A program made the translations under genes and the position numbers. A DNA stretch of 59,281 nucleotides, counting the filler. It is 4 parts of 4 records of this genome, joined end to end, with 100 filler letters (N's around TTAATTAATTAA, not from the genome) between each part and the next. Parts side by side here need not be neighbours in the genome. Positions count along the whole stretch, not along the records: positions 7,067 to 16,777 come from SRR20825006_220; positions 16,878 to 45,785 come from SRR20825006_225; 2 more parts are not named here. One strand, written 5' to 3'. This document shows, one piece after another, positions 10,292-19,643 of this stretch; position 1 is the first letter of the stretch; each line of letters starts with the position of its first letter. The notes beneath the pieces were generated by a model, which was not told the DNA's origin, did no database searches, and was given only the letters and a program-made list of their open reading frames with translations.

Positions 10292-10562
10292 TATTAATTT
10301 ATATCCTGAAAAAATTTTAATGAACGTTTTTTTATGTAAATGAAAATATAGTGGTAAGCATTAAAGTCCGAAAGAAAACAATAGAAAAGTAACATACTGT
10401 TTCCTTAGTCCCAATATAAATGACCTTTTTGGCCATTAATTATACAAGACAAATACCTAAGGTGGATACTGAAGGAATGAGTATTAAACAACAAAGAAGT
10501 GACAGCACAGAATACAGAAAATTAAAATCTGTCACACGCACCAATCCATAAACAACTAAATT

Positions 10563-10645
10563 AAAAAAAACCGTTCTACAAAAAGATAGAACGGCTCTAG
10601 GGAAGGTTCCATATAATTCTCCCAGAATACGAACTTTTATTCCCT
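10563..10645 (-). ncRNA. Candidate structured small RNA ending in an intrinsic terminator
   Basis: AGGGAA/TTCCCT closing stem, GTTC/GAAC and ATTCT-GGG-AGAAT inner stems, then CCGTTCTA/TAGAACGG hairpin plus T8; no ORF. Confidence 0.45.
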
Positions 10646-10675
10646 TTACAAATAAAAGAAGTCATTTATACATTT

Positions 10676-10695
10676 CTTTGCGGGATTCCGTAAAG
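10676..10695. promoter_or_regulatory. Palindromic operator, putative site for the adjacent response regulator
   Basis: CTTTGCGGGATTCCGTAAAG, 16/20 dyad, just upstream (minus strand) of a near-match Bacteroidetes -7 box TTTATTTG (10649-10656). Confidence 0.5.
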
Positions 10696-10752
10696 TCCCT
10701 ACTCTTCTTAAAATTTAAAAGTTAACGCCTTATTATTTAGATTATAAGAATT

Positions 10753-11418
10753 TTAAATTAACCCTAAATCCTTTACTATTGCAACAAGATGGATGGCATT
10801 TTTAGCCTTAAAGTGAATACAAAGTTTTCCAACTCGCTTTTCTACGGAGCTCAAGCTATTAGGCTGCATGTTTACATCCTTAAAATGGTCGCTGATTTCT
10901 TTTTGGGACAAACCGTTTGCCAGTTGCATCATAAGGGCAATATCGTAATCTTCTATAACAGGTGTGCTTTTTTTGGAGAGCGCATTTTCCACTTGGGGTG
11001 AAAGATAGGTTTCTCCATCAAAAACCTTGTTTATTGCTGTCCTCAGTTCTTCAAGTCCTTTTCTGCCTTTACATACGTAGCCGTTTAGTTTGTGATTCAC
11101 AACAAGGGCGCGCACGCGTTGCAGTCGGTCTTCCACTGAATAGGCAATGATGGGTAATTTGGGATGTTTTTGTTTTAACGCGGCTATTAGGTCTTCGCCC
11201 GATGAAAATGTTTGCTCCCTATAGTCAGGGGTGTAGGAGAGATCTGTTATCAACAAATCAAACGGGTCTTTCTCTATAAATGCCTTTTCTATTTTTAGGA
11301 AAGCATCATCACAATACACAACTTCGGTAATAGCCTCAACCCCTAACGCCTGCAATACAGAAATAACGCCTTGGTTAATACAATCTAGGTCGTCTGAAAT
11401 AAGCACTTTTTTAAACAT
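10753..11418 (-). CDS. Response regulator (REC plus NarL/LuxR-like HTH)
   Basis: KVLISDD, DLLITDLS, GYVCK receiver motifs; C-terminal GLSQKEIS...SSVEKR. Confidence 0.88.
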   Translation of the reverse strand: MFKKVLISDDLDCINQGVISVLQALGVEAITEVVYCDDAFLKIEKAFIEKDPFDLLITDLSYTPDYREQTFSSGEDLIAALKQKHPKLPIIAYSVEDRLQRVRALVVNHKLNGYVCKGRKGLEELRTAINKVFDGETYLSPQVENALSKKSTPVIEDYDIALMMQLANGLSQKEISDHFKDVNMQPNSLSSVEKRVGKLCIHFKAKNAIHLVAIVKDLGLI

Positions 11419-11420
11419 AC

Positions 11421-13073
11421 TCAAATAATTATAGTTGCCTTAAACCCTTTATTTGGTTCTGATTCAAAAGTAATCGTTCCGTTTATCGCTTTTATGCGGG
11501 ATTCCGCATTCTGAAGTCCATTGTTGGTTTTTAATACACCACCCTTTCCATTATCGGCATATTTGATGGTAACAACTTTTCCTTTTTGCTCGAAATTCAG
11601 CACCACGGTAGTGGCGTTACTGTGCTTTGCCATATTCGTCATCAACTCCTGCAATACCCTAAAGAGATTGGTTTTTTTAATAGCAGTTACCTTGCTCCAA
11701 TCAATAGGGGAACTATCTCTTTGGATTACAGATACATTTTCGTTTTCATAACCCAACAACAAATCGGACAGGACTTCCTTAAAATTTTCAACAGCAACGG
11801 AACTGTTTTCCTTAGAAATATCACGGCTCTTGCCATAAATGGATTCGAGATCGTCTAGAATTTCATCTTTTTCGGCAGGCTTGCTCTGTAGTTTTGCCAT
11901 CAGCCTGTACACATCGTTTGCCACTTCATCGTGTACTTTTTTGGAGATACGCTTTTCAGTTGTGTGTACCTGATTGATCTTCTCCTGTTTGTGCTTGTTC
12001 CTTATGGTGAAATAAAGAACAATACTCACCAAAAATCCCACTATAGCCAATCCCAATATCAAGATGGTCCACGTTTTCTGCTTTTCTTTTTCCAACTGGG
12101 CGGCAAGGGTATTTTTGCGTTCCTTTTCCACATTGTACTTCATAAAGGCATTCGTATTCTCTGCCAGTTGCTTCTCTTTGGCAATACTGTCCGATATCTT
12201 TTCAAACAACACCATATGTGGGTCAGGATTCATACTTACAAAAACGGAAAGCGCATCTTCCAAAAATGAGAGGCTGTTCATGGTATTCGCTATCGCATAG
12301 CCTTTGTTTGCAAATTCCATTGCCTGTTTATTATCGTCTTGTTCAAAATAATACAGCGCCAAACTTTTATAGCTGGAATACTTTCCTGGCATATCGTTTT
12401 TGAGTTCCCTTAGCTCCAAAGCCTCTTGCATATTTGCCAGTCCCTCTGTGGTGTTCCCAATTTTAGCGAGGGCCACTCCTTTATTATTCAATAACCTAGC
12501 ATAGGCCGTTGTGTTTTGCCTTACGTCTCTTTTTAGCAAGGCAAGGTTAAACTGCTTCAAAGCCTTTTCATAACGCCCCATATCCATATAAACATTCCCT
12601 GTATTGTTTAAAATAGTAAGGCTGTCATTTCTATTCGACGAGAGTTTTAAGGCATGGATGTAGGCTTTAATAGTTTCCTCATATCTGTAGGTAGCTCTAT
12701 AAATTCTGCCCAACTGATTGTAAAGTCCCTTTTTAGCATCAACTAAAGTATCTGAAAGGGGCGATGTATCAATTAATTCAAAGGCGCTTACAGTTGCTGC
12801 TTCACTATCATTGCTATTTCCCATTTCAAACTCAGCGATGGCAATCATTCGTAAATCCTGGATGGCTTCATAGGTATTATTCTCTTTTAGATGGGTTTCC
12901 TTTAAACGCGTAAAATAGCTAATTGCCTCAGGAAAATCTGAGCGCTGCTGCGGGTTTAAAATACGATTGAAGTGATAGGCAGTGCTGTCAATTTTATATT
13001 GACCCGTCATTTTTTGAGGTAAAATGCCTACTGCAAAACAAAAAAAGAGGAATGAAAATAGGGGCTTCTCCAT
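11421..13073 (-). CDS. Tetratricopeptide-repeat sensor histidine kinase
   Basis: Signal peptide, TPR helices, TM, ISKKVHDEVAN H-box, QELMTNMAKHS, YADNGKG, GLQN boxes. Confidence 0.9.
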   Translation of the reverse strand: MEKPLFSFLFFCFAVGILPQKMTGQYKIDSTAYHFNRILNPQQRSDFPEAISYFTRLKETHLKENNTYEAIQDLRMIAIAEFEMGNSNDSEAATVSAFELIDTSPLSDTLVDAKKGLYNQLGRIYRATYRYEETIKAYIHALKLSSNRNDSLTILNNTGNVYMDMGRYEKALKQFNLALLKRDVRQNTTAYARLLNNKGVALAKIGNTTEGLANMQEALELRELKNDMPGKYSSYKSLALYYFEQDDNKQAMEFANKGYAIANTMNSLSFLEDALSVFVSMNPDPHMVLFEKISDSIAKEKQLAENTNAFMKYNVEKERKNTLAAQLEKEKQKTWTILILGLAIVGFLVSIVLYFTIRNKHKQEKINQVHTTEKRISKKVHDEVANDVYRLMAKLQSKPAEKDEILDDLESIYGKSRDISKENSSVAVENFKEVLSDLLLGYENENVSVIQRDSSPIDWSKVTAIKKTNLFRVLQELMTNMAKHSNATTVVLNFEQKGKVVTIKYADNGKGGVLKTNNGLQNAESRIKAINGTITFESEPNKGFKATIII

Positions 13074-13134
13074 TCCTCAAAAATAGGAACTAATTTTTGG
13101 AAATTGTTAATTACTATAGGTAATAATGGAAATG

Positions 13135-13174
13135 AAAAAAGCCGAAAATTACTGTTTACGTAACTTTCGGCTTT
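13135..13174 (-). terminator. Intrinsic terminator after tRNA-Lys
   Basis: AAAGCCGAAA...TTTCGGCTTT stem followed by T-run on minus strand. Confidence 0.7.
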
Positions 13175-13175
13175 G

Positions 13176-13248
13176 TGACCTGGCTGGGGCTCGAACCCAG
13201 GACCACCTCCTTAAAAGGGAGGTGCTCTACCAACTGAGCTACCAGGTC
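13176..13248 (-). tRNA. tRNA-Lys(TTT)
   Basis: GACCTGG acceptor, TAGCTCAGTTGGTAGAGC D-arm, CCTCC-CTTTTAA-GGAGG anticodon arm, GGTTCGAGCC T-arm; TATATTTG promoter box upstream. Confidence 0.97.
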
Positions 13249-13454
13249 TTCCCTTGAATGCGGGTGCAAATATACTATGTTTAAATTAATTTTTCAAAAC
13301 GAAATTCAAATAAATTTAAAGAAATTTTAAAACAACTGAAAAACAGGGGCTCACAAATGCATTTTTTTTAAAAAATGTCTTTGGTGCTTAAAAAATATTT
13401 AAAAATTTAAGCAAAATTTGTTTCTGGAGAAGAAAAATAGGTACTTTGAAGGCT

Positions 13455-13976
13455 ATGAAAATACTCTTAATTGGATATATGGGAAGCGGAAAATCTTCAG
13501 TTGGTAAAAAACTTGCTGAAAAATTAAAACTTCCTTTTAAAGATATGGATTCAGAAATAGAAAAAGCGGAAGGTATTTCAATTGCAAAGCTGTTTTCTGA
13601 AAAAGGAGAAATCTATTTCCGAAAAGTTGAAAATAAAGTTTTAAAAAACTTGCTTTCTAGCCCAGAAAAATTTGTTTTGGCAACTGGAGGCGGTACTCCT
13701 TGTTATGGCGATGCTATGGCTTTTATAACATCTCAAAAGGATGTGCACTCATATTATTTAAAAACTCCGCTAGACATATTGGTGAAAAGATTGTTTTTAG
13801 AAAAAGCAAACAGACCGTTGTTAGCACATTTAGAAACGGAAGAAACGCTCAATGATTTTATTAGAAAACACCTATTTGAAAGAGTGTTTTATTATAACCA
13901 ATCAAAGTTTGTTGTAGAAAATAACACAGAAAGTATTGATGAAGTTGTTGCTAAAATAGTTTTAAAACTATTCTAA
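13455..13976 (+). CDS. aroK: Shikimate kinase
   Basis: LIGYMGSGKSSVG P-loop, GEIYFR, ATGGG, RPLL motifs. Confidence 0.93.
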   Translation: MKILLIGYMGSGKSSVGKKLAEKLKLPFKDMDSEIEKAEGISIAKLFSEKGEIYFRKVENKVLKNLLSSPEKFVLATGGGTPCYGDAMAFITSQKDVHSYYLKTPLDILVKRLFLEKANRPLLAHLETEETLNDFIRKHLFERVFYYNQSKFVVENNTESIDEVVAKIVLKLF

Positions 13977-14471
13977 AATAGCTCTATCATTATTTTTTTC
14001 AAACACAACAGAAACATTCTCATTAAGTGAAGTTGATAAAGAAATTCCTTTAAAATCAGCCTTTATGGGGTATTTTTTATGGTTTCTGTCTACTAGTACT
14101 GCTGTTTTAAATTGTTTTAAGGGCACGTCTAAAAAATGTTTTACACCATAAATTAATGTAGTGCCAGAATGAAGCACATCATCAACCAGTAATAGGGATT
14201 TGTTGCTGTAATCTTCCTTTTTAAGAGACGTTTTAATTTCAGAGCTTGGATTTTTCTTATCAATATCAACCTCACAAAGCAATACTTTTATAGGCGAAAT
14301 TTTTTCTAATTCTGTTTTTATCTTTTTTGCAAGCAGAAATCCATTGCTCATAATCCCAGCAATAACCACTTCTTTTTCATCCACATTGGTTTCATAAACT
14401 TGATAAGCAATTCTTTTTATTTTATGAGCTATCTGTTTTTTATTCAGAATTATTGCGTTTATTTCTTGCAT
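13968..14471 (-). CDS. Phosphoribosyltransferase, PyrR-like
   Basis: LLVDDVLHSGTT PRPP motif; AVLVDRNH..YPIKADF. Confidence 0.85.
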   Translation of the reverse strand: MQEINAIILNKKQIAHKIKRIAYQVYETNVDEKEVVIAGIMSNGFLLAKKIKTELEKISPIKVLLCEVDIDKKNPSSEIKTSLKKEDYSNKSLLLVDDVLHSGTTLIYGVKHFLDVPLKQFKTAVLVDRNHKKYPIKADFKGISLSTSLNENVSVVFEKNNDRAILE

Positions 14472-14495
14472 CAGGTGTTTTTTAAATATGATATA

Positions 14496-14888
14496 TTATG
14501 CTTCGTTTTCCTTTTCATTTTCAGGAGATTCTGTAAAATCGTCCAAATCTCTTCTATCTTTTTTGGTGGGTCTGCCTACTCCTTTTTTTCTATAATAGGT
14601 TTTTGCATATTGAAGCATTTCATTAGTTTCAAAAGCTTCTTTTGGGGTGGTGTCTTTTCTGTAAATAGCTACAAGCTTTGCTCCAACACGACTTACAGGA
14701 AGGTCAAGAACTTCTAGTTGATAGTTTACTTGATCTTTCCGAAGAGAAATAACATCTCCAGGATAAACATCTCGCGATGGCTTTACAATGTCGCCATTAA
14801 CACGTACAGCGCCTTTTTTGCATGCTTGAGTTGCCATATTCCGGGTTTTTAAATACCGAACACTCCATAAATATTTATCAATCCTCAT
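14496..14888 (-). CDS. hslR: S4-domain RNA-binding heat-shock protein Hsp15
   Basis: MRIDKYLWSVR...KTR; GRPTKKDRR. Confidence 0.9.
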   Translation of the reverse strand: MRIDKYLWSVRYLKTRNMATQACKKGAVRVNGDIVKPSRDVYPGDVISLRKDQVNYQLEVLDLPVSRVGAKLVAIYRKDTTPKEAFETNEMLQYAKTYYRKKGVGRPTKKDRRDLDDFTESPENEKENEA

Positions 14889-14960
14889 ATATTTCCGCTA
14901 AAACAACGTTAATGTGGTATGCAAAAATAACGGAAAATTGTATCTTGCGCCCACAAAAAG

Positions 14961-15866
14961 TTGACGATGATAAAAATAAAATACGGAGTAGCCATATTGC
15001 TTGCAGTACTTACAGTAACAGTTTCCTGTAAAAAGGATGATGAAGATGCTCCAATACTAATTCCACCTCATGATCGTGGAGAAGAAGCAATTATAGCTCA
15101 GGCTGAAATTGAAGCTTTTTTAGAAACTCATTTTTATAATTATGAAGAATTTCAAGCAGATCCAGAGAATTTTAAATTAAAATTTGATACCATTGCTGGC
15201 GATAATGCTTCTAAAACTCCATTGATGGAACAAGTAACCTTCAAAGAGGTTCAAGATCGTGTTGATACCAGTGTAAGCTATAAATTATATTTTTTAAAAG
15301 TTCGTGAAGGTGAAGGTGATAGACCTAATTTTTCAGACTATACTATTAATACCTATGATGGAAGGATGATGAATTTAGAGCTTTTTGATAGCTCTGTAAT
15401 TCCGATTAGATTTGATTTAAATGAAATTATTGCTGGTTTACAAACGGTGATACCAGAATTTAAAGGAGCAAAAGGAGACCCAATTACTAATCCGGATGGT
15501 TCATTAACTTTTAAAGATTATGGTATTGGCGCTGTATTTATTCCTTCAGGTTTAGGGTATTTCCAATATCCGCCAGCGGGAGATTTAAATGCGTACGATC
15601 AACTTATTTTTTCTTTTGAATTGTTTGCGACTGAACTAGCAGATCATGACGGGGATGGTGTTCCTTCATATATGGAAGACATTAATAATAATGAATATTT
15701 ACTTGATGACGATACTGATGGCACCGGGGCAGCAAATTATTTAGATAATGATGATGATGGTGACGGAAGGCTTACAAAATTTGAAATTGAAATAGTAAAT
15801 GGAATTGTAACTTTTCCAGATAAAAACGGAAATGGAGTTGCTGATTATTTAGATCCTTCTATATAA
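14961..15866 (+). CDS. FKBP-type PPIase-like lipoprotein with C-terminal Ca-binding DxDxDG repeats
   Basis: Lipobox TVSC; FIPSGLGY FKBP-like motif; DHDGDG, DDDGDG, DKNGNG; start may be 14967. Confidence 0.75.
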   Translation: MTMIKIKYGVAILLAVLTVTVSCKKDDEDAPILIPPHDRGEEAIIAQAEIEAFLETHFYNYEEFQADPENFKLKFDTIAGDNASKTPLMEQVTFKEVQDRVDTSVSYKLYFLKVREGEGDRPNFSDYTINTYDGRMMNLELFDSSVIPIRFDLNEIIAGLQTVIPEFKGAKGDPITNPDGSLTFKDYGIGAVFIPSGLGYFQYPPAGDLNAYDQLIFSFELFATELADHDGDGVPSYMEDINNNEYLLDDDTDGTGAANYLDNDDDGDGRLTKFEIEIVNGIVTFPDKNGNGVADYLDPSI

Positions 15867-15887
15867 TTTATAAATTCTGATAGAAAC

Positions 15888-15924
15888 AAAAATAGCCCTG
15901 CTTATTATAAGCAGGGCTATTTTT
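15888..15924. terminator. Bidirectional intrinsic terminator
   Basis: AAAAATAGCCCTGCTTAT-T-ATAAGCAGGGCTATTTTT between convergent genes. Confidence 0.85.
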
Positions 15925-15942
15925 ATTTATAAGATGTTTTGC

Positions 15943-16777
15943 TTATTTACGAGCAATCACTTTTTTCACTGCGTTTACAATTGCGGAAGCATTTAAACCG
16001 TATTTATCCATTAATTGCTCTGGTGTGCCAGATTCACCAAAAGTATCTTGCGTAGCAATAAATTCCTGTGGCGCTGGATGCTGTGTAGATAATAAACGCG
16101 CTACACTTTCACCAAGACCTCCTAGAAAATTATGTTCTTCAGCAGTAACAACACAGCCCGTTTTTTTAACACTGTTTATAATAGCTTCATCATCCAATGG
16201 TTTTATGGTATGAATGTTTATAACTTCAGCGGTAATTCCGTTTTCATTTAAAGTTTCTGCAGCTTGTAGCGCTTCCCATACTAAATGTCCTGTTGCCACT
16301 ATTGTAACATCAGTTCCTTCTTGTAATAAAACTGCTTTTCCTATTTGAAAATTTTGATCAGCTGGAGTGAAATTTGCTACTTTGGGTCTTCCGAAACGAA
16401 GATAAACCGGGCCTTCATAATCAGCAATTGCGATAGTAGCTGCTTTTGTTTGATTGTAATCACAGGTGTTGATAACAGTCATTCCTGGAAGCATTTTCAT
16501 CAATCCAATATCTTCCAAAATTTGGTGTGTTGCTCCATCTTCACCTAAAGTAATACCTGCATGTGAAGCACAAATTTTTACGTTTTTTCCACTGTAAGCT
16601 ACACTTTGGCGTATTTGATCGTAAACTCTTCCTGTAGAAAAGTTTGCGAATGTGCCAGTAAATGGAATTTTTCCTCCAATAGTCATTCCGGCTGCAATGC
16701 CAATCATATTCGCCTCTGCAATTCCTATTTGAAAGAAGCGTTCCGGATGGTTTTCTTTAAACTCATCCATTTTTAAT
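15943..16777 (-). CDS. Transketolase C-terminal subunit, 5'-truncated
   Basis: GIAEANM, GEDGATHQ, GPVYLR, TIKPLD, EEH motifs. Confidence 0.9.
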
Positions 16778-16877
16778 NNNNNNNNNNNNNNNNNNNNNNN
16801 NNNNNNNNNNNNNNNNNNNNNTTAATTAATTAANNNNNNNNNNNNNNNNNNNNNNNNNNNNNNNNNNNNNNNNNNNN
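16778..16877. other. Artificial contig linker
   Basis: N44-TTAATTAATTAA-N44. Confidence 0.98.
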
Positions 16878-16895
16878 TTTTTGTAACGGTCTTTT

Positions 16896-16968
16896 TTCGA
16901 GAGCCTCAGTCCACTTGTGTTTTTTATTTGTAACGATTTTTATTTGGGTTGAGGCTCTCGAAGCCCAT
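16896..16968. repeat. REP-like inverted repeat pair
   Basis: TTCGAGAGCCTCAGTCCA (16896-16913) opposite TGGGTTGAGGCTCTCGAA (16945-16962); related copy at 23615-23638. Confidence 0.65.
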
Positions 16969-17003
16969 CAGTATTAAATGAGCGTCAAGATCCTCGAAGC
17001 CAA

Positions 17004-18440
17004 TTATTCAAAGGAAACCGTTCTTGAAACTCTATTCTTCGCCAATTTTTCGTGTTCTACAAGTGACCAAAGAATAAACTCTTTCAAGAAAATAACGTCC
17101 TTTTTATCGTTCACGCTTGGTTGAAATTCACGAATGAAGTCATCCAACGGCTCAATCATATTCAGTTGAGCTTCGTAGCTTTCGTTGTCCACATTTTCAA
17201 AAAGCTCAAATTCACCATTTGCAGCGAACCACTTAATTATTTCATGATAAGGTTGTTTAACGTTTGGCTTTTCAAGCTTATGAATCGCAGGAAAGTAGCG
17301 CTCATAAACCGATTTCAACGCTTCTCCAATAAGAATTTCTGCAACCTCTGCGGCACCTTCTTGTTCTCCTTCGTACACCAACTCTACCTTTCCAGTAATG
17401 GAAGGAATGATGCTCAGAAAGTCAGAAACGCGAATTGCACCTTCAGTTTCATCAGCAAGTAGCAAACGATGTTCAGCGGAACTCATTAGATTTTCGTAGG
17501 CCGTAATGCTCAAACGTGCAGAAACTCCACTTTTTACATCAATATAGTCGCTATCTCTTGCTTCGAAACTTACCTGCTCAAGAATTTCGCGGGCAATTTC
17601 AGAAATGTAAATTTCACTTTGATTTGTCTTATTTTTTTCTGCTTCCTGCTGCGTAATGCGTTTCGCAATTTCGATATCAGCGGGATAGTGCGTTAAAATC
17701 TGCGAACCAATTCTATCTTTTAGCGGAGTAACGATGCTTCCACGATTCGTATAGTCTTCGGGGTTTGCGGTAAAAACAAACTGCATATCCAACGGTAAGC
17801 GCAATTTGAATCCTCGAATTTGAATATCGCCTTCTTGAAGGATATTGAACAGCGCCACTTGAATTCTTGCCTGTAAATCGGGAAGTTCATTGATCACAAA
17901 AATGCATCGATTTGCTCGCGGAATCATCCCGAAGTGAATCACGCGATCATCGGCATAGCTCAATTTTAAATTTGCTGCTTTAATTGGATCTACGTCACCA
18001 ATAATATCTGCTACAGTTACATCTGGCGTTGCCAACTTTTCTGCAAAGCGATCGCTTCTGTGCAACCAAGAAACAGGAAGGTCATCACCCTTTTCGGTCA
18101 ACAATTCCTGTGCGTACCTCGAAATTGGATGAAATGGATCATCATTGATTTCTGAGCCGGCTACGATTGGAATGTATTCATCTAATAAATTGACCATTAG
18201 TCGAGCGAGACGTGTTTTTGCCTGACCTCTAAGACCCAGTAGATTGATGTTATGCTTGGACAAAATAGCACGTTCCAATTGAGGAATTACCGTTTTTTCG
18301 TAGCCATGAATTCCTTCAAATACTGTTTTTCCAGCTTTTAGTGCACTCACGAGATTATCTCTGAGTTCGTCTTTTATGGATTTGCTTTGGTAACCTTGCT
18401 TTTTGAGTTCGCCGAGCGTTGTTATTTCGTTGTAATTCAT
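17004..18440 (-). CDS. AAA+ ATPase, magnesium chelatase/MoxR-like
   Basis: GLRGQAKT Walker A, FVINELPDL, FTANPEDY, LKDR. Confidence 0.85.
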   Translation of the reverse strand: MNYNEITTLGELKKQGYQSKSIKDELRDNLVSALKAGKTVFEGIHGYEKTVIPQLERAILSKHNINLLGLRGQAKTRLARLMVNLLDEYIPIVAGSEINDDPFHPISRYAQELLTEKGDDLPVSWLHRSDRFAEKLATPDVTVADIIGDVDPIKAANLKLSYADDRVIHFGMIPRANRCIFVINELPDLQARIQVALFNILQEGDIQIRGFKLRLPLDMQFVFTANPEDYTNRGSIVTPLKDRIGSQILTHYPADIEIAKRITQQEAEKNKTNQSEIYISEIAREILEQVSFEARDSDYIDVKSGVSARLSITAYENLMSSAEHRLLLADETEGAIRVSDFLSIIPSITGKVELVYEGEQEGAAEVAEILIGEALKSVYERYFPAIHKLEKPNVKQPYHEIIKWFAANGEFELFENVDNESYEAQLNMIEPLDDFIREFQPSVNDKKDVIFLKEFILWSLVEHEKLAKNRVSRTVSFE

Positions 18441-19564
18441 CCTTTGATTCGTTTCTTTCTGTTCGTTTCGTAGTCTTCAAAGATCATTTCTCCCAATCCT
18501 TGAAGTCCAGTATAAAATGCTTTGCCTTGATTGGCTCGTGTAAATTCTTCTACAAATTGCATGAGATAAGGATCTTGTGCAATCATAAATGTGGTAATGG
18601 GAATGCGCAGTTTTCGTGCTTGTTGTGCCATCGTGTAGCATTTGCCAACCACGTATGGATCGAGCCCGAAAGAATTCTTGTAATAGGTGCCGTCTTTTTC
18701 ACGAATACAACTAGGTTTCCCGTCTGTAATCATAAAAATTTGTTTGTTGGTATTTCGTTTTCGACGCAGTAAATCCATTGCTAGTTGAAGTCCAGCGACG
18801 GTGTTTGTATGATACGGTCCCACATTCAAATAAGGCAAATCACCAATGGAAATTGGCCAAGCGTCATCACCAAAAACAATAATATCGAGTGTGTCTTTTG
18901 GATAACGCGTTGTGATGAGTTCGCTCATCGCCATGGCTACTTTTTTGGCGGGCGTGATCCGATCTTCTCCGTACAAAATCATGCTGTGACTAATGTCAAT
19001 CATCAAAACGGTACTCATCTGTGCATTAAAGGAGGTCTCTTCAACCACGAGGTCGTTCTCGGTCAATTGGAAGTCGTTCAGGCCATGATTTACCTGCGCG
19101 TTCCGAAGGCTTTCTGTCATCGAAATATTCTCAAGTGTATCGCCAAATTGATAATCACGCAAATCACCCGTTGGTTCGTCTCCTTTTCCAGCGTGTTTGG
19201 TTTTATGACTTCCCGCTCCACTTTTTTGAAGATTTCCGAAAATTTGTTCAAGTGCGGCTTGTCTAATTGCGCGTTCGGTTTTAGGAGTAATGGTCATTCC
19301 ACCCGTTCCGTCAGGTTCAATTTCTTCTTTGATATAGCCTTTTTTGATGAGTTCTTCTCGGAAATCATCCAGGGTATATTCTGGAGTGGTGAGTTTGTAC
19401 TCGTTATCGAGCGTTTCCAACCAATCAAAGGTTTCGTCTAAATCACCTGAAGTATGGACAATGAGTTCTTTGAAGATCTCGAAGAGTCGATCAAACGGAG
19501 GTTTTTCTTCTTTGGAATACTGTCGGAACGCAAATCCCTCGTAAATGGATGTTAATTCTTGCAC
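18437..19564 (-). CDS. VWA-domain protein
   Basis: MIDISHS MIDAS, TNT, MITDG; GTG start; overlaps the AAA gene start. Confidence 0.85.
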   Translation of the reverse strand: MQELTSIYEGFAFRQYSKEEKPPFDRLFEIFKELIVHTSGDLDETFDWLETLDNEYKLTTPEYTLDDFREELIKKGYIKEEIEPDGTGGMTITPKTERAIRQAALEQIFGNLQKSGAGSHKTKHAGKGDEPTGDLRDYQFGDTLENISMTESLRNAQVNHGLNDFQLTENDLVVEETSFNAQMSTVLMIDISHSMILYGEDRITPAKKVAMAMSELITTRYPKDTLDIIVFGDDAWPISIGDLPYLNVGPYHTNTVAGLQLAMDLLRRKRNTNKQIFMITDGKPSCIREKDGTYYKNSFGLDPYVVGKCYTMAQQARKLRIPITTFMIAQDPYLMQFVEEFTRANQGKAFYTGLQGLGEMIFEDYETNRKKRIKG

Positions 19565-19643
19565 CTTTTAAAATTAGTGAATCCTTCTTCCAAAAGAAAA
19601 CGCTCACTTCATTCATTTCACACGGATTAACATAAGTTGGGTT

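Noticed and set aside
10440-10541. 33-aa hydrophobic GTG ORF (minus strand) as peptide ligand or type I toxin for the TPR system
   Set aside because: Lies beyond the terminator, has no clear start signal, and T-rich DNA yields hydrophobic ORFs by chance.
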